Sequence record: NC_023719.1
Length of the DNA: 64,000 nucleotides
Strand: one strand, 5' to 3'
Shown here piece after piece: positions 19,001 through 27,954 of this stretch (within the stretch, counting starts at the first letter, position 1; each line of letters opens with the position of its first letter). The position numbers and the translations under genes are program-made. The notes under the pieces are model-generated. The model did not search any database. It saw only the letters and a program-made list of their open reading frames with translations, and had not been told where the DNA came from.

Positions 19001-20624
19001 GCGAGCTTGGTATTCAGCTACGTACACGTCTTATGGAATTGATTCAAATGGTAAATATTACAATAGTGGTACACTATGGGGAGGGCCTGTGAGTTCAGGT
19101 TCTATGTCATATATTACTGGTGGAGCCGGTAATAATTCCACAGTAACGCGATATACCGCATTAGAATCTACGCCTAATCCAGTAATGGAAATAGCAATCG
19201 ACGTCCATATAAAACGAGCAAGTAATATTACACAAACAACGACATGGTCAAAAGGTTCTTTGATGCAAACCGGAATAATTGGAAGTGCTACATCATATCC
19301 AACTAATGGAAGACACACTGATGGTTATTGGTATGTGCGTGGTTTACGAGTTAGTCAATCAATTGCTCCTCCAGGAATATTTAATATAGCATCAGATAAA
19401 GGTAAATTTTTACCAAATGAAGTTGTAAATATATCATTTGATTCTTCTTCAGCTTCAAATATTTCAATTTATGAAGTAGATTATAGATATAATGAAAACT
19501 CTTGGATTCCATTAGATTACAATAACACTTTAGCGAGAACACTAACTACAACGACTGATAAATCACTTAAAACCTTACAATTCAGAGTAAGGGTTAAAGA
19601 TAAAAATAATGTATACTCGGATTATGTTTATTCTGACATTTTCAAAATAGATCATAATACTGCGCCAGTTATTACCATAACTAGCCCAACTAATGATATA
19701 ACTTTATACGAAAATGATTTTTTAAATGTTGTTGGAACAATTAACGATATTGACCAGGATCAAAACTTAATCATATATTGTCAAGTTAATAATCAAGAAA
19801 AGCACATAATATTTGAAAAACAAAGTTCAACTCAAGCACAATTTGCGAAACAATTAAAATTTACAAATGGGAAATTGCATAATGAAGATATAGAGATATC
19901 AGACGCTTTAAGCGAAGATTTATTGCATAGTATAAAAATATGGGTAGAAGATAGTGAAGGTGGAAAATCTAACATTGAAACACGCTCGTTTTATGTGGAA
20001 CTTAATCACATACCTTTAATTTCTATAAATGAAATCATTCCAAACGGAATTATTGATAGTGACAAATTTATTATTTCTGGAACAACCTCTGATCAAGATG
20101 AGGATTCTATTATTAAAGTGACTTATAAAATTAATAATGGAATTATTACAGAGATTTATAGTGGTGCTGGCGGAAATTGGCAATTTGAAGTTTCATTAGT
20201 CCAATTGAAGGTTGGAGAAAATAGAATCACTGTTGAAGCGACCGATAACTATAACGCTAAATCTGTTAAAATTATTAAACTTAATAAAAATGAAATCAAT
20301 AAACCTATTTTAGAATCTATTGCTAGATATAAAATAGAACCTCCAAAAGAAGTAGTAAAAGGAGTATTGTTATTCATCCAAAGAGATGAACAACTTGATA
20401 TAAAAGTAGAAATCTCCATGAATATGTTGAATGAACAAGAAAACTTTATTGAATTAAATCCCGAAAACTCTGCCCCTATGCCAAATAAAATTGGTATAAT
20501 AGAGGATACTTTCCATCATGAGGTTCTAGAAAACAAAGAAAACATTATTTTAAAAATAACAGCACTAAGACAAAATGTAGATGATAATTACAAAATTCAT
20601 TTAATTTCAGGTGTAGTTGAGTAA
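16002..20624 (+). CDS. Mosaic tail-appendage/fibre protein A (Fn3 + BNR/Asp-box propeller + Ig-like + conserved C-terminus), 1540 aa
   Basis: Fn3-like FRVKAxD modules; Asp-boxes SVDKGLTW, STDGGSTW, STDGGVTW; 3x GxWYVRG cassettes; C-terminus ...LISGVVE. Confidence 0.75.
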   Translation: MVKYYYDKYASISTTKYVEPAWINMNATGSTVAFTLKPKSYSFNSTTGKFSLSTDTWGQAEETIQVGQTCYGYASGELYEYTAIQSASSGSVPISLYKKREIDTTTQTTYSKGALLQSNIVAEDGTYPVNGRHTDGYWYVRGSIANTAPTVPGVFVYPEGSLEVGDSKVVSWGASTDIDGNLSKYILEVSIDSGTWTQIGTPTTNTFNYTIPTAVNIKFRVKAQDNDGLESGYRESSVFTVQTLNSNMVIDKPYLVDGNGGRKLVLLENEALVLGLRDSTNNRVYCYKSVDKGLTWSKIFDRGIVSKDISLTTQGNFIHLLIAESTTVSYYKLNELGEVISSNLSIDTGQIAISNISLIINPANGYLHAVWASKDSTYSNSYNLRYANSTDGGSTWSSVEQITKINNTTYHFESPSIAIHQNEPLIVCQTKGFYLNGSVVGSGNSYGILLLSKNASLTTDTSSNINLPWKHKLIYGVDSYVQSNPSVVTSKEGVIHVTWTGADSAFPSIQNLRYNWSTDGGVTWKSQVTNKITNETTKNQLYPSITIDKTETARIVWQSENGVNQYTLRQLKMLNGQGELDKPANIKTVIGVSPATLYDPSLLGKFGDVPFTVFNKTSNDSKLLSVDCIGEYTINKAPTKPGAFTQPTETILEIGDSKIISWGASTDENGNLSNYVLEASINNGAWIQMGAPTTNTLTLTIPSVPSGASAKFRVKAVDTEGLTSEYTESSVFTVVVPTYYWSKYSVIEERPLIMSMYSYTPWDNETTLAISNYEGRLYSSYIVEDKKFKLVSLVSSIASLTVGTFVYLDAGNDRISSLYVAYNDGFNIAFSDTVYELVEGDLVYKKGDLLQSDIVGVYNAYTNNARNSDGFWYVRGASTKITTPGAFTQPTGTLEIGDSKIISWGVSSGVFSKYILEVSINNGNWTKIAEPTSNSYTYVIPTSVSLKFRVKAVGATNIESEYVESSIFTAQPPQYYYDKFASISNTQYVDNAPWEYLGPGRAWYSATYTSYGIDSNGKYYNSGTLWGGPVSSGSMSYITGGAGNNSTVTRYTALESTPNPVMEIAIDVHIKRASNITQTTTWSKGSLMQTGIIGSATSYPTNGRHTDGYWYVRGLRVSQSIAPPGIFNIASDKGKFLPNEVVNISFDSSSASNISIYEVDYRYNENSWIPLDYNNTLARTLTTTTDKSLKTLQFRVRVKDKNNVYSDYVYSDIFKIDHNTAPVITITSPTNDITLYENDFLNVVGTINDIDQDQNLIIYCQVNNQEKHIIFEKQSSTQAQFAKQLKFTNGKLHNEDIEISDALSEDLLHSIKIWVEDSEGGKSNIETRSFYVELNHIPLISINEIIPNGIIDSDKFIISGTTSDQDEDSIIKVTYKINNGIITEIYSGAGGNWQFEVSLVQLKVGENRITVEATDNYNAKSVKIIKLNKNEINKPILESIARYKIEPPKEVVKGVLLFIQRDEQLDIKVEISMNMLNEQENFIELNPENSAPMPNKIGIIEDTFHHEVLENKENIILKITALRQNVDDNYKIHLISGVVE

Positions 20625-20638
20625 ATAAATCTAGTTAA

Positions 20639-20701
20639 ATAATTAATATTTACCCTTCTATGTGAAAACTAAAGTAGTATAGAAGGGTTTATGTTGATTA
20701 T
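20639..20701 (+). repeat. Conserved intergenic long hairpin, copy 2
   Basis: ATAATTAATAT-tt-ACCCTTCTATG...TATAGAAGGGT-tt-ATGTTGATTAT. Confidence 0.8.
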
Positions 20702-20748
20702 TACGTTACATATAGATTTTTACTAAATAATTGTAAGGAGGTTTCAAA

Positions 20749-23700
20749 ATGGTAAATTTTTATTACAACAAATATAATACAATTGAAAAATATGATATAG
20801 TCCAGTCATATTCTTTGAGATCAAGAACTTTTGAAGAAGGCGGTAGTTCTATAAGAAATGGGATAAGAATAATGCTTGAAGCTATTTCTTCAGGCGAATA
20901 TTTTGAAACTATGTATAGACAACTTACCGAATCGTCACCCGGCAATTATGTGCCTAATGATTCAGTTACTATTAGGGATGATGGTACTGATGATAGATAC
21001 TATGAAGCTCCACCTATGGAATTTGTGAGTGGTAAACTGTACTACATGAAAACGAACAAAAGATATTTAGGTTTCGTTTTAACAAAAGGTTCTGCAACCG
21101 GTCTTGAAACTTATCATTATTGGACAGGCGAAATTTTCACATTGCAAAGGGGTAATTACACTTATTCACAAGGTACTTTAGTGAGTAGCAATATCATTGC
21201 GGAAGATGGAGTTCTACCAGCTAATGGACGTCATACAGATGGATTTTGGTATGTTAAAGGAACTCAAGTCTCTTCATTACCATCTGGCACTATAATTGTT
21301 TCGGATAAATTTACAACACAAAATCCTTCATCTAGAAAATTAGTTCGCTTAGGAAATGGATGGTTACTATCTTTAATGGTACGACAAAACTCCAGCATGA
21401 ATATAATGGTGTCTAGAGACAAGGGTAATACTTGGACCTTTAGTGGATCAGTAAGTAACAACACTATAAAGGATGCAGCAGTTACAGCGGTTGGTAATGA
21501 TGCGGTTATCGCACTTCAAAATGACGGCGAAATCCAAGTATGGAAATGGTCTAGTACTACTAGCTCAAATTCTTATGTAGGTGTTATAGTGAATGGAGTA
21601 CAATTATCTAGTGATGGAATATCTATTTTTTATGATAATATAGAAAAAGTATTATTTGCAACATGGGCTAGAAAAAATGGTAGTAGTTACGCTATTTACT
21701 ATGCTAAATCATTTGATAATGGTGCCACTTGGCCAAGAAATAATATAGTGTTTTCAATAGATGTAGCTGGATATGATTATACTTGCCCATCAATTGTAGC
21801 CCATGGTAGCAATGCTTATATAATAGCTCGTTATGTTAGAGGTACAAATAATTCAATTGTTTACGCAAAGAGCGTTAATAAGGGTGATAGCTTCATAACC
21901 GCAGAAACACTCTATGATGCTGGAATCTATCTTGCGACATCGCCAATAGCAGTTGTTGATAAAAGCGGGAGAGTACATGTAACTTGGAATGGACATGAAT
22001 CAACTAATGCTTCAATTCATGTGATGTCTCGTTATTTAGATGATTCAACTAATAGTTGGATAGAGCCTACTACTAAAATACCACAAAGTAATAACTTAAG
22101 TAAATCAACATTGACGGTTGATCAAAATGGAAACGTTTATGTTATTGGAGAAAATTATGGAAATATAATTAGTTACGTATCAAAAGATAGAGGAATTACT
22201 TGGTCGACTTCATCTACAATTGTTGCAAGCGGTTCAATGTCTCAATCTTTATATGACCCTACTTGGAATATTAATTTTAGTGGAGATCTTAACTCACCAC
22301 CTCCATTTATTTATAGAAAAACAAGTGATACAGTAATTGAATATAAGGGTACATTTACTACTAATGACCCACCTCCAACACCTGGGGTGTTTACTCAACC
22401 TACTGGAAGTTTAGAAATAGGAGATTCTAAAGTAGTTGCATGGGGAACATCATTAGACGCGGTAAAATATATTCTTGATGTTTCAATTAATGGTGGAACT
22501 TGGAATCAAATTGGAACGCCAACAACTAACAGTTTCACATATACTATTCCAACAGCTACAAGTGTTAGATTCCGTGTTAAAGCGCAAGGAAGCAATGGGT
22601 TGGAATCAGGTTACCAAACAAGTAACGTATTCACTGTTACAGAGCCAATGTATTATTGGGGTAAATACAATACAATTAGCACTCCAAGTACTTCTTATAA
22701 TTTAACGTGGAATTTCCAATTTGAAATGAATTGGAGTGATGTTGATTCAAGTCGCGCAATACATGGTTACACAAGTTACACTGTTGGTTCAAACGGTGTA
22801 CCAGCAGAATCAGGTTCTTATGTATTGAAATATTATGATGATATTTCTGGATCTATAACTTTATACTTTGTTAGCGGTGGAAATTTATATAGAGACACTG
22901 CGTCCTCATCTAGTAGAACTCACTCTAGATATATAGCTACAATTAAGGATGTAAGTACTGGATATACTTATTCTAGAGGTTCATTTATTGAAAATGTTGT
23001 AGGTGGCTATAGTGCTTATACAAATAACTCTAGGAACCCTGACGGATATTGGTATGTGAGAGGCAGTAGAACTAATCAATCTATTGTACCAACTGGAGCA
23101 TTTAATATAGCTTCTAATAATGGTAAATTTAGACCAAATGAAGTTGTAAATATATCATTTGGAGCATCAACAGCCTCTAATATTTCATTGTATGAAGTAG
23201 ATTATAAATATAATGAAAACTCTTGGTCTCAGTTAGCTTATAATAATACTTTGGTAAGAACATTAACTACAACAACTGATAAGTCTCTTAAAACCTTACA
23301 ATTTAGAGTAAGAGCGAAAAATACAAGTAATGTATATTCAGATTACATTTACTCTATTGTTTTCAATATAGATCATAATTCTGCACCAGTTTTAACTTTA
23401 AATAATCCAAATAATGGTATAACTTTATATGAGAATGATTTTTTAAATATCAATGGTACGATTAATGATATTGATCAGAACCAAAATTTAAATATATACG
23501 TTCAAATAGATAATTATAAAGAACAAGTGCTAGAGACAATAACAAGTGGAACTCAAATACCATTAACTAAGCAATTGAAATTTAAAAATGGTAAACTATT
23601 TAGTGGTGATTTTGAAGTATCAGATGTTTTAAATGAAGAGTTAGAGCATAGTATAAAAGTTTGGGTAGAAGACGATGAGGGTGGTAAATCCAATGTTGAG

Positions 23701-24345
23701 ACTCGTTCGTTTAATGTCGTACCTAACCATTTGCCTTTAATATCTATAAACGAAATAAATATTGATAGTATTATTGATACCGATAAATTCATTATTACTG
23801 GAATCGTATCAGATCAAGATGAAGAACCCACTATTTCACTAACATACCACATCAATGATGGAAATAAAACCGAGATTTACAACGGTACAGGCGGAACTTG
23901 GAGTTTTGAAGTTTTTCTATCTCAGTTAAATGTAGGAGAAAATGCGATTACTTTAGAAGCTACTGATAACTTTGGAGCTAAACTTATAAAGACTATAAAA
24001 CTTAATAAAAATGAGGTTAATATCCCAATTTTAGAATCAATTGCACGCTACAAATTAGATCCTCCAAAAGGCGTTGCAAAAGGTGTACTATTATTTATTC
24101 AAAGAGATAAAGATTTAGAAACTAAAGTGGAATTGTCTATGACTATGAAGAATGAAAACGAACAGTTTATTGAATTAGTACCAGAAAGTACTTCTCCAGT
24201 AGTAAATAAAGCTGGTATTTTAGAAGATACTTATCATCATGAAGTTATAGAAGAAAAAGATAATATTATTCTGAAAATAACAGCAATAAGACAAAATGAA
24301 AGTACGGATTTTAAAATACGTTTGATTTCGGGAGTAGTAGAATAA
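20749..24345 (+). CDS. Mosaic tail-appendage/fibre protein B, 1198 aa
   Basis: Asp-boxes SRDKGNTW, SFDNGATW, SKDRGITW; Fn3 modules; 2 cassettes; same C-terminus as A. Confidence 0.75.
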   Translation: MVNFYYNKYNTIEKYDIVQSYSLRSRTFEEGGSSIRNGIRIMLEAISSGEYFETMYRQLTESSPGNYVPNDSVTIRDDGTDDRYYEAPPMEFVSGKLYYMKTNKRYLGFVLTKGSATGLETYHYWTGEIFTLQRGNYTYSQGTLVSSNIIAEDGVLPANGRHTDGFWYVKGTQVSSLPSGTIIVSDKFTTQNPSSRKLVRLGNGWLLSLMVRQNSSMNIMVSRDKGNTWTFSGSVSNNTIKDAAVTAVGNDAVIALQNDGEIQVWKWSSTTSSNSYVGVIVNGVQLSSDGISIFYDNIEKVLFATWARKNGSSYAIYYAKSFDNGATWPRNNIVFSIDVAGYDYTCPSIVAHGSNAYIIARYVRGTNNSIVYAKSVNKGDSFITAETLYDAGIYLATSPIAVVDKSGRVHVTWNGHESTNASIHVMSRYLDDSTNSWIEPTTKIPQSNNLSKSTLTVDQNGNVYVIGENYGNIISYVSKDRGITWSTSSTIVASGSMSQSLYDPTWNINFSGDLNSPPPFIYRKTSDTVIEYKGTFTTNDPPPTPGVFTQPTGSLEIGDSKVVAWGTSLDAVKYILDVSINGGTWNQIGTPTTNSFTYTIPTATSVRFRVKAQGSNGLESGYQTSNVFTVTEPMYYWGKYNTISTPSTSYNLTWNFQFEMNWSDVDSSRAIHGYTSYTVGSNGVPAESGSYVLKYYDDISGSITLYFVSGGNLYRDTASSSSRTHSRYIATIKDVSTGYTYSRGSFIENVVGGYSAYTNNSRNPDGYWYVRGSRTNQSIVPTGAFNIASNNGKFRPNEVVNISFGASTASNISLYEVDYKYNENSWSQLAYNNTLVRTLTTTTDKSLKTLQFRVRAKNTSNVYSDYIYSIVFNIDHNSAPVLTLNNPNNGITLYENDFLNINGTINDIDQNQNLNIYVQIDNYKEQVLETITSGTQIPLTKQLKFKNGKLFSGDFEVSDVLNEELEHSIKVWVEDDEGGKSNVETRSFNVVPNHLPLISINEINIDSIIDTDKFIITGIVSDQDEEPTISLTYHINDGNKTEIYNGTGGTWSFEVFLSQLNVGENAITLEATDNFGAKLIKTIKLNKNEVNIPILESIARYKLDPPKGVAKGVLLFIQRDKDLETKVELSMTMKNENEQFIELVPESTSPVVNKAGILEDTYHHEVIEEKDNIILKITAIRQNESTDFKIRLISGVVE

Positions 24346-24394
24346 ATATTAATGGAAGAATTCTCGTAATAACAATGAAAGAAGGAGGATAATA

Positions 24395-27300
24395 ATGGCT
24401 ATTATAAATAAAACAACTCCAGAAAGTAATCAACAGATACAAACAGTGGCATTTAAATTAGATAATTTATCTAAGTTAAATAACGTAACAGTAAATACTG
24501 GTAACGTTGAAGTTGTTAGTGTTGTAGGGGATACTGTTACAGTCAAATGCATAAATGGCGCAAGCGTTAGACAAATACAGACGGGTGGACAATATATCCC
24601 TGCGGATTCTAAGACAGAATCTGGGTATAATAGAGTTATTGGTGATCCAAATGCAGTAACTTTGCCACAATCATATACATTTGAAACGAGTGATGGATAT
24701 AAAGGGACTTTATATTTAATTGGGAATCCTTATTGGATTTACGATGATCAGGGCAACGGCATTGGGCTTGAAGGATGGTATTCTGGAACAGTCTATAGAC
24801 CTGAATCAGATACTCGCACATATGAATATTATTATTCATATGTGCTTACATTCGATTATGTTATAAACTCAGCTCCTACCGCTCCTAAAATAACAGTGCC
24901 CTCTATTCAATTTGAACATGGAGATAAACACTATATTTCTTTTGATTCTACAGATGCTGAAAATGATGTATTAACATATACATTAGAGACTTCTTATAAT
25001 AATGGTTCTTCGTGGAGTCAAATATATAGTGGTACTGCTAAGACGTATCAATACACAGTTCCATCAAATCAAACTCAAGTAAAATTTAGAGTAAAGGCAA
25101 CTGATGGAAAAGTAGTTACTGCATATACTGAGAGTTCTAATAAAACTATACAAGAAGTGATGTATTTTTGGAATAAATTTAACAATTATTATAATCCACC
25201 TACAGCATATAAGGGAGCTTTATTCGCAAAAGATGTTCCTATGGATGAAAGGGCTCCCGGAGACTCACCTCCACCAAATAGGCCAAGTGAAGTAGTGGGG
25301 AACCTTTATTATGAATATTATTGGGAAGAAAGGGCAGATGGTTACTATCTCCATGCAAACCTCTATGAATGGATTACAACTCCCGGCGGTGATATGAAAG
25401 GTTCATTAGCTGAAGCAAATATACAAGCAAGCTTTAATACTTATCAACATGCTCAAAAAAATCCCGATGGTTTTTGGTATGAACGAGGTCAGAGAGTTTT
25501 ATCGGAAGATATAACTCCTCCAATTATTGAATTAACAGAACAGAAAAATTTTGGGCCAACTTCTACAATTACAGTAAAAACATATGATTTATCTAGTATT
25601 ACGAAATTAAAATGGGCAAAAGGACAACAAAGCGCAACATATTTTGCATCAAATGGAACAAATATAACAAATGGAAGTTTTACAGTTTCTGAAAACGGAG
25701 ATTATACTGTTTACGCTGAAGATGAGAAAACCAATAAAGCTATTCAAGTATTTACAGTTAAAATGGTTAATACTGCACCTACAGCACCAACTTTGAATGT
25801 ACCAACTATTCAATTTGAATATGGAGATAAACATCAAGTTACGTTTAGCTCTACAGATGCTGAAAATAACACTATACAATACACATTAGAATCATCTAAT
25901 GATAATGGAAATGAATGGCAAGTTATATATTCTGGACAAACTAAGTCTTTTGAATACACAGTTCCTTCAGATAAAACTCAAGTTAAGTTTAGAGTAAAAG
26001 CAAGTGATGGTATTTTAGAAACTGGATATACTACAAGCGAAAATAAAACAATACGCGAAGTTATGTATTATTGGGCAAAATACAATAATGTTCAAGAAAT
26101 GCAATATACAATAAAATATAATACACCGGAAGTTATAGTAAGTGATTTATCATATCAAGGTCAAAACTATAACACTAGTGGTCATCCTACTTATTCTTAC
26201 GATCCACCTTACGGTTTTATAACTCCAAAAGGTACGGGTACTATTATTGGGGATTACGCTGGTAGATATATTCCAGGTACTGTATATGCTACGCCTAGTG
26301 ATGGTTATTACTATTCTGATTATTTGTATATAAAATCAATATCTTATGATAGTAATTATACAAAACAAACAATTTCAACTCAAATATTACAAAGGGTTCC
26401 AAACGGTTTACAAGATAAAATGGGGGCTTATTTATCAACAGTTACTGGTGGATATAATGCTTATAAAACTGGAGTTAAAAATCAAGATGGATATTGGTAT
26501 GTTCGTGGATTAAGAGTTATTCAATTTATCTCACCGCCTGGGGCATTTACTTCTCCTAGTTTAGGGACAAAATTGAAACCTAATCAATCTATTACTATAG
26601 GCTTTTCAGCTTCGCAAGCTACAAATTTAAGTGTTTATGAAGTTGATTATAAATATAATGCTAATTCTTGGGTTGCGTTACCTAGTAATTTAAACCTTAC
26701 TCGCTCATTAATAACTTCATCAGATAAATCTTTAACATCTATGCAATTTAGGGTTAGAGCAAAAAATACTAGTAACACTTATTCAGATTATATTTATTCA
26801 GAAGTTTATGTGTTGGATCATAATATTTCACCAACAATAACTCTAACTAGTCCTTCTAATGATGTGATGTTATATAAAAACGATATATTGACTATTAGTG
26901 GCGAAGTAAACGACGTTGATCAAGAGCAAAATGTATTAGTTTATTATCAAATAGATGATTATGCACATGAATTTGCAATAGCAGGTGAAAGTTCAACGCA
27001 AATATTATTATCTAAAAAACTACAACTTAAAACAGGCAAATTATATGATGGTGATATAGCAGTAACTGAAGTTTTGAAATCTGATAAAGTTCATAAATTA
27101 AAAGTTTGGGCAATAGATAATGTTGGTGGTATATCGGATATTATAGAACGTACTTTCACAGTGTTTCCTAACCATGATCCTTTGTTAACTTTAAATGAAA
27201 TAATTCCAAGTGGCGTATTAGATAGCGATAAGTTTACTATTTCTGGTTCAGTATCTGATGAAGACGTTGATTCTGTAATTTCAGTTACTTACTGTATAAA

Positions 27301-27790
27301 TAATGGAGACAGTACTGAAATCTATACTGGTGCCGGTGGCAATTGGGAGTTTAATGTTTTTCTATCTCAATTGAAGGTTGGAGAAAATGATATAATAATT
27401 AATGCGACTGATGATTATGGAGCTAAATATACTAAAACAGTTAAGTTAAATAAAGATGAAATTAATGTTCCTGTTTTAGAATCAGTTGCTAGATATAAGA
27501 TAGATCCGCCAAAGGGTACAGCTAAAGGTATTTTATTGTTCATCCAAAGAGATTCTGAATTAGAAACAAAAGTAGAATTATCGATGACTATGAAAAATGA
27601 AGAAGAGCAATTTGTTGAAATACTCGCAGAGAATACAGCCCCGCTTCCAAATAAAAATGGTTTAGTAGAAGATACTTATCACCACGAGGTTATAGAAGAT
27701 AAAGAAAATATTATTCTTAAAATAGCTGCGCTGAGACAAGACGAAAACAGCGATTATAAAATCCACTTAATCTCAGGTGTTGTTGAGTAA
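24395..27790 (+). CDS. Mosaic tail-appendage/fibre protein C (no BNR propeller), 1131 aa
   Basis: Duplicated Fn3-like APTAP...FRVKA module, 2 cassettes, same C-terminus. Confidence 0.75.
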   Translation: MAIINKTTPESNQQIQTVAFKLDNLSKLNNVTVNTGNVEVVSVVGDTVTVKCINGASVRQIQTGGQYIPADSKTESGYNRVIGDPNAVTLPQSYTFETSDGYKGTLYLIGNPYWIYDDQGNGIGLEGWYSGTVYRPESDTRTYEYYYSYVLTFDYVINSAPTAPKITVPSIQFEHGDKHYISFDSTDAENDVLTYTLETSYNNGSSWSQIYSGTAKTYQYTVPSNQTQVKFRVKATDGKVVTAYTESSNKTIQEVMYFWNKFNNYYNPPTAYKGALFAKDVPMDERAPGDSPPPNRPSEVVGNLYYEYYWEERADGYYLHANLYEWITTPGGDMKGSLAEANIQASFNTYQHAQKNPDGFWYERGQRVLSEDITPPIIELTEQKNFGPTSTITVKTYDLSSITKLKWAKGQQSATYFASNGTNITNGSFTVSENGDYTVYAEDEKTNKAIQVFTVKMVNTAPTAPTLNVPTIQFEYGDKHQVTFSSTDAENNTIQYTLESSNDNGNEWQVIYSGQTKSFEYTVPSDKTQVKFRVKASDGILETGYTTSENKTIREVMYYWAKYNNVQEMQYTIKYNTPEVIVSDLSYQGQNYNTSGHPTYSYDPPYGFITPKGTGTIIGDYAGRYIPGTVYATPSDGYYYSDYLYIKSISYDSNYTKQTISTQILQRVPNGLQDKMGAYLSTVTGGYNAYKTGVKNQDGYWYVRGLRVIQFISPPGAFTSPSLGTKLKPNQSITIGFSASQATNLSVYEVDYKYNANSWVALPSNLNLTRSLITSSDKSLTSMQFRVRAKNTSNTYSDYIYSEVYVLDHNISPTITLTSPSNDVMLYKNDILTISGEVNDVDQEQNVLVYYQIDDYAHEFAIAGESSTQILLSKKLQLKTGKLYDGDIAVTEVLKSDKVHKLKVWAIDNVGGISDIIERTFTVFPNHDPLLTLNEIIPSGVLDSDKFTISGSVSDEDVDSVISVTYCINNGDSTEIYTGAGGNWEFNVFLSQLKVGENDIIINATDDYGAKYTKTVKLNKDEINVPVLESVARYKIDPPKGTAKGILLFIQRDSELETKVELSMTMKNEEEQFVEILAENTAPLPNKNGLVEDTYHHEVIEDKENIILKIAALRQDENSDYKIHLISGVVE

Positions 27791-27808
27791 ATAAATTCTA
27801 CTTTAAAT

Positions 27809-27868
27809 AATTAATATTTATCCTTCTACGTGAATTCTAAAATCACGTAGGGGGATTTGATATTAATT
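27809..27868 (+). repeat. Conserved intergenic long hairpin, copy 3
   Basis: AATTAATATT-t-ATCCTTCTACGTGA...TCACGTAGGGGGAT-tt-GATATTAATT. Confidence 0.75.
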
Positions 27869-27954
27869 TATCAGATACATAGATAAAATAAGTAAATTAT
27901 TGAAAAACAACAGGAAGATAACAATAGAGAAAAGAAATAGAGGAGGAAATTTTG

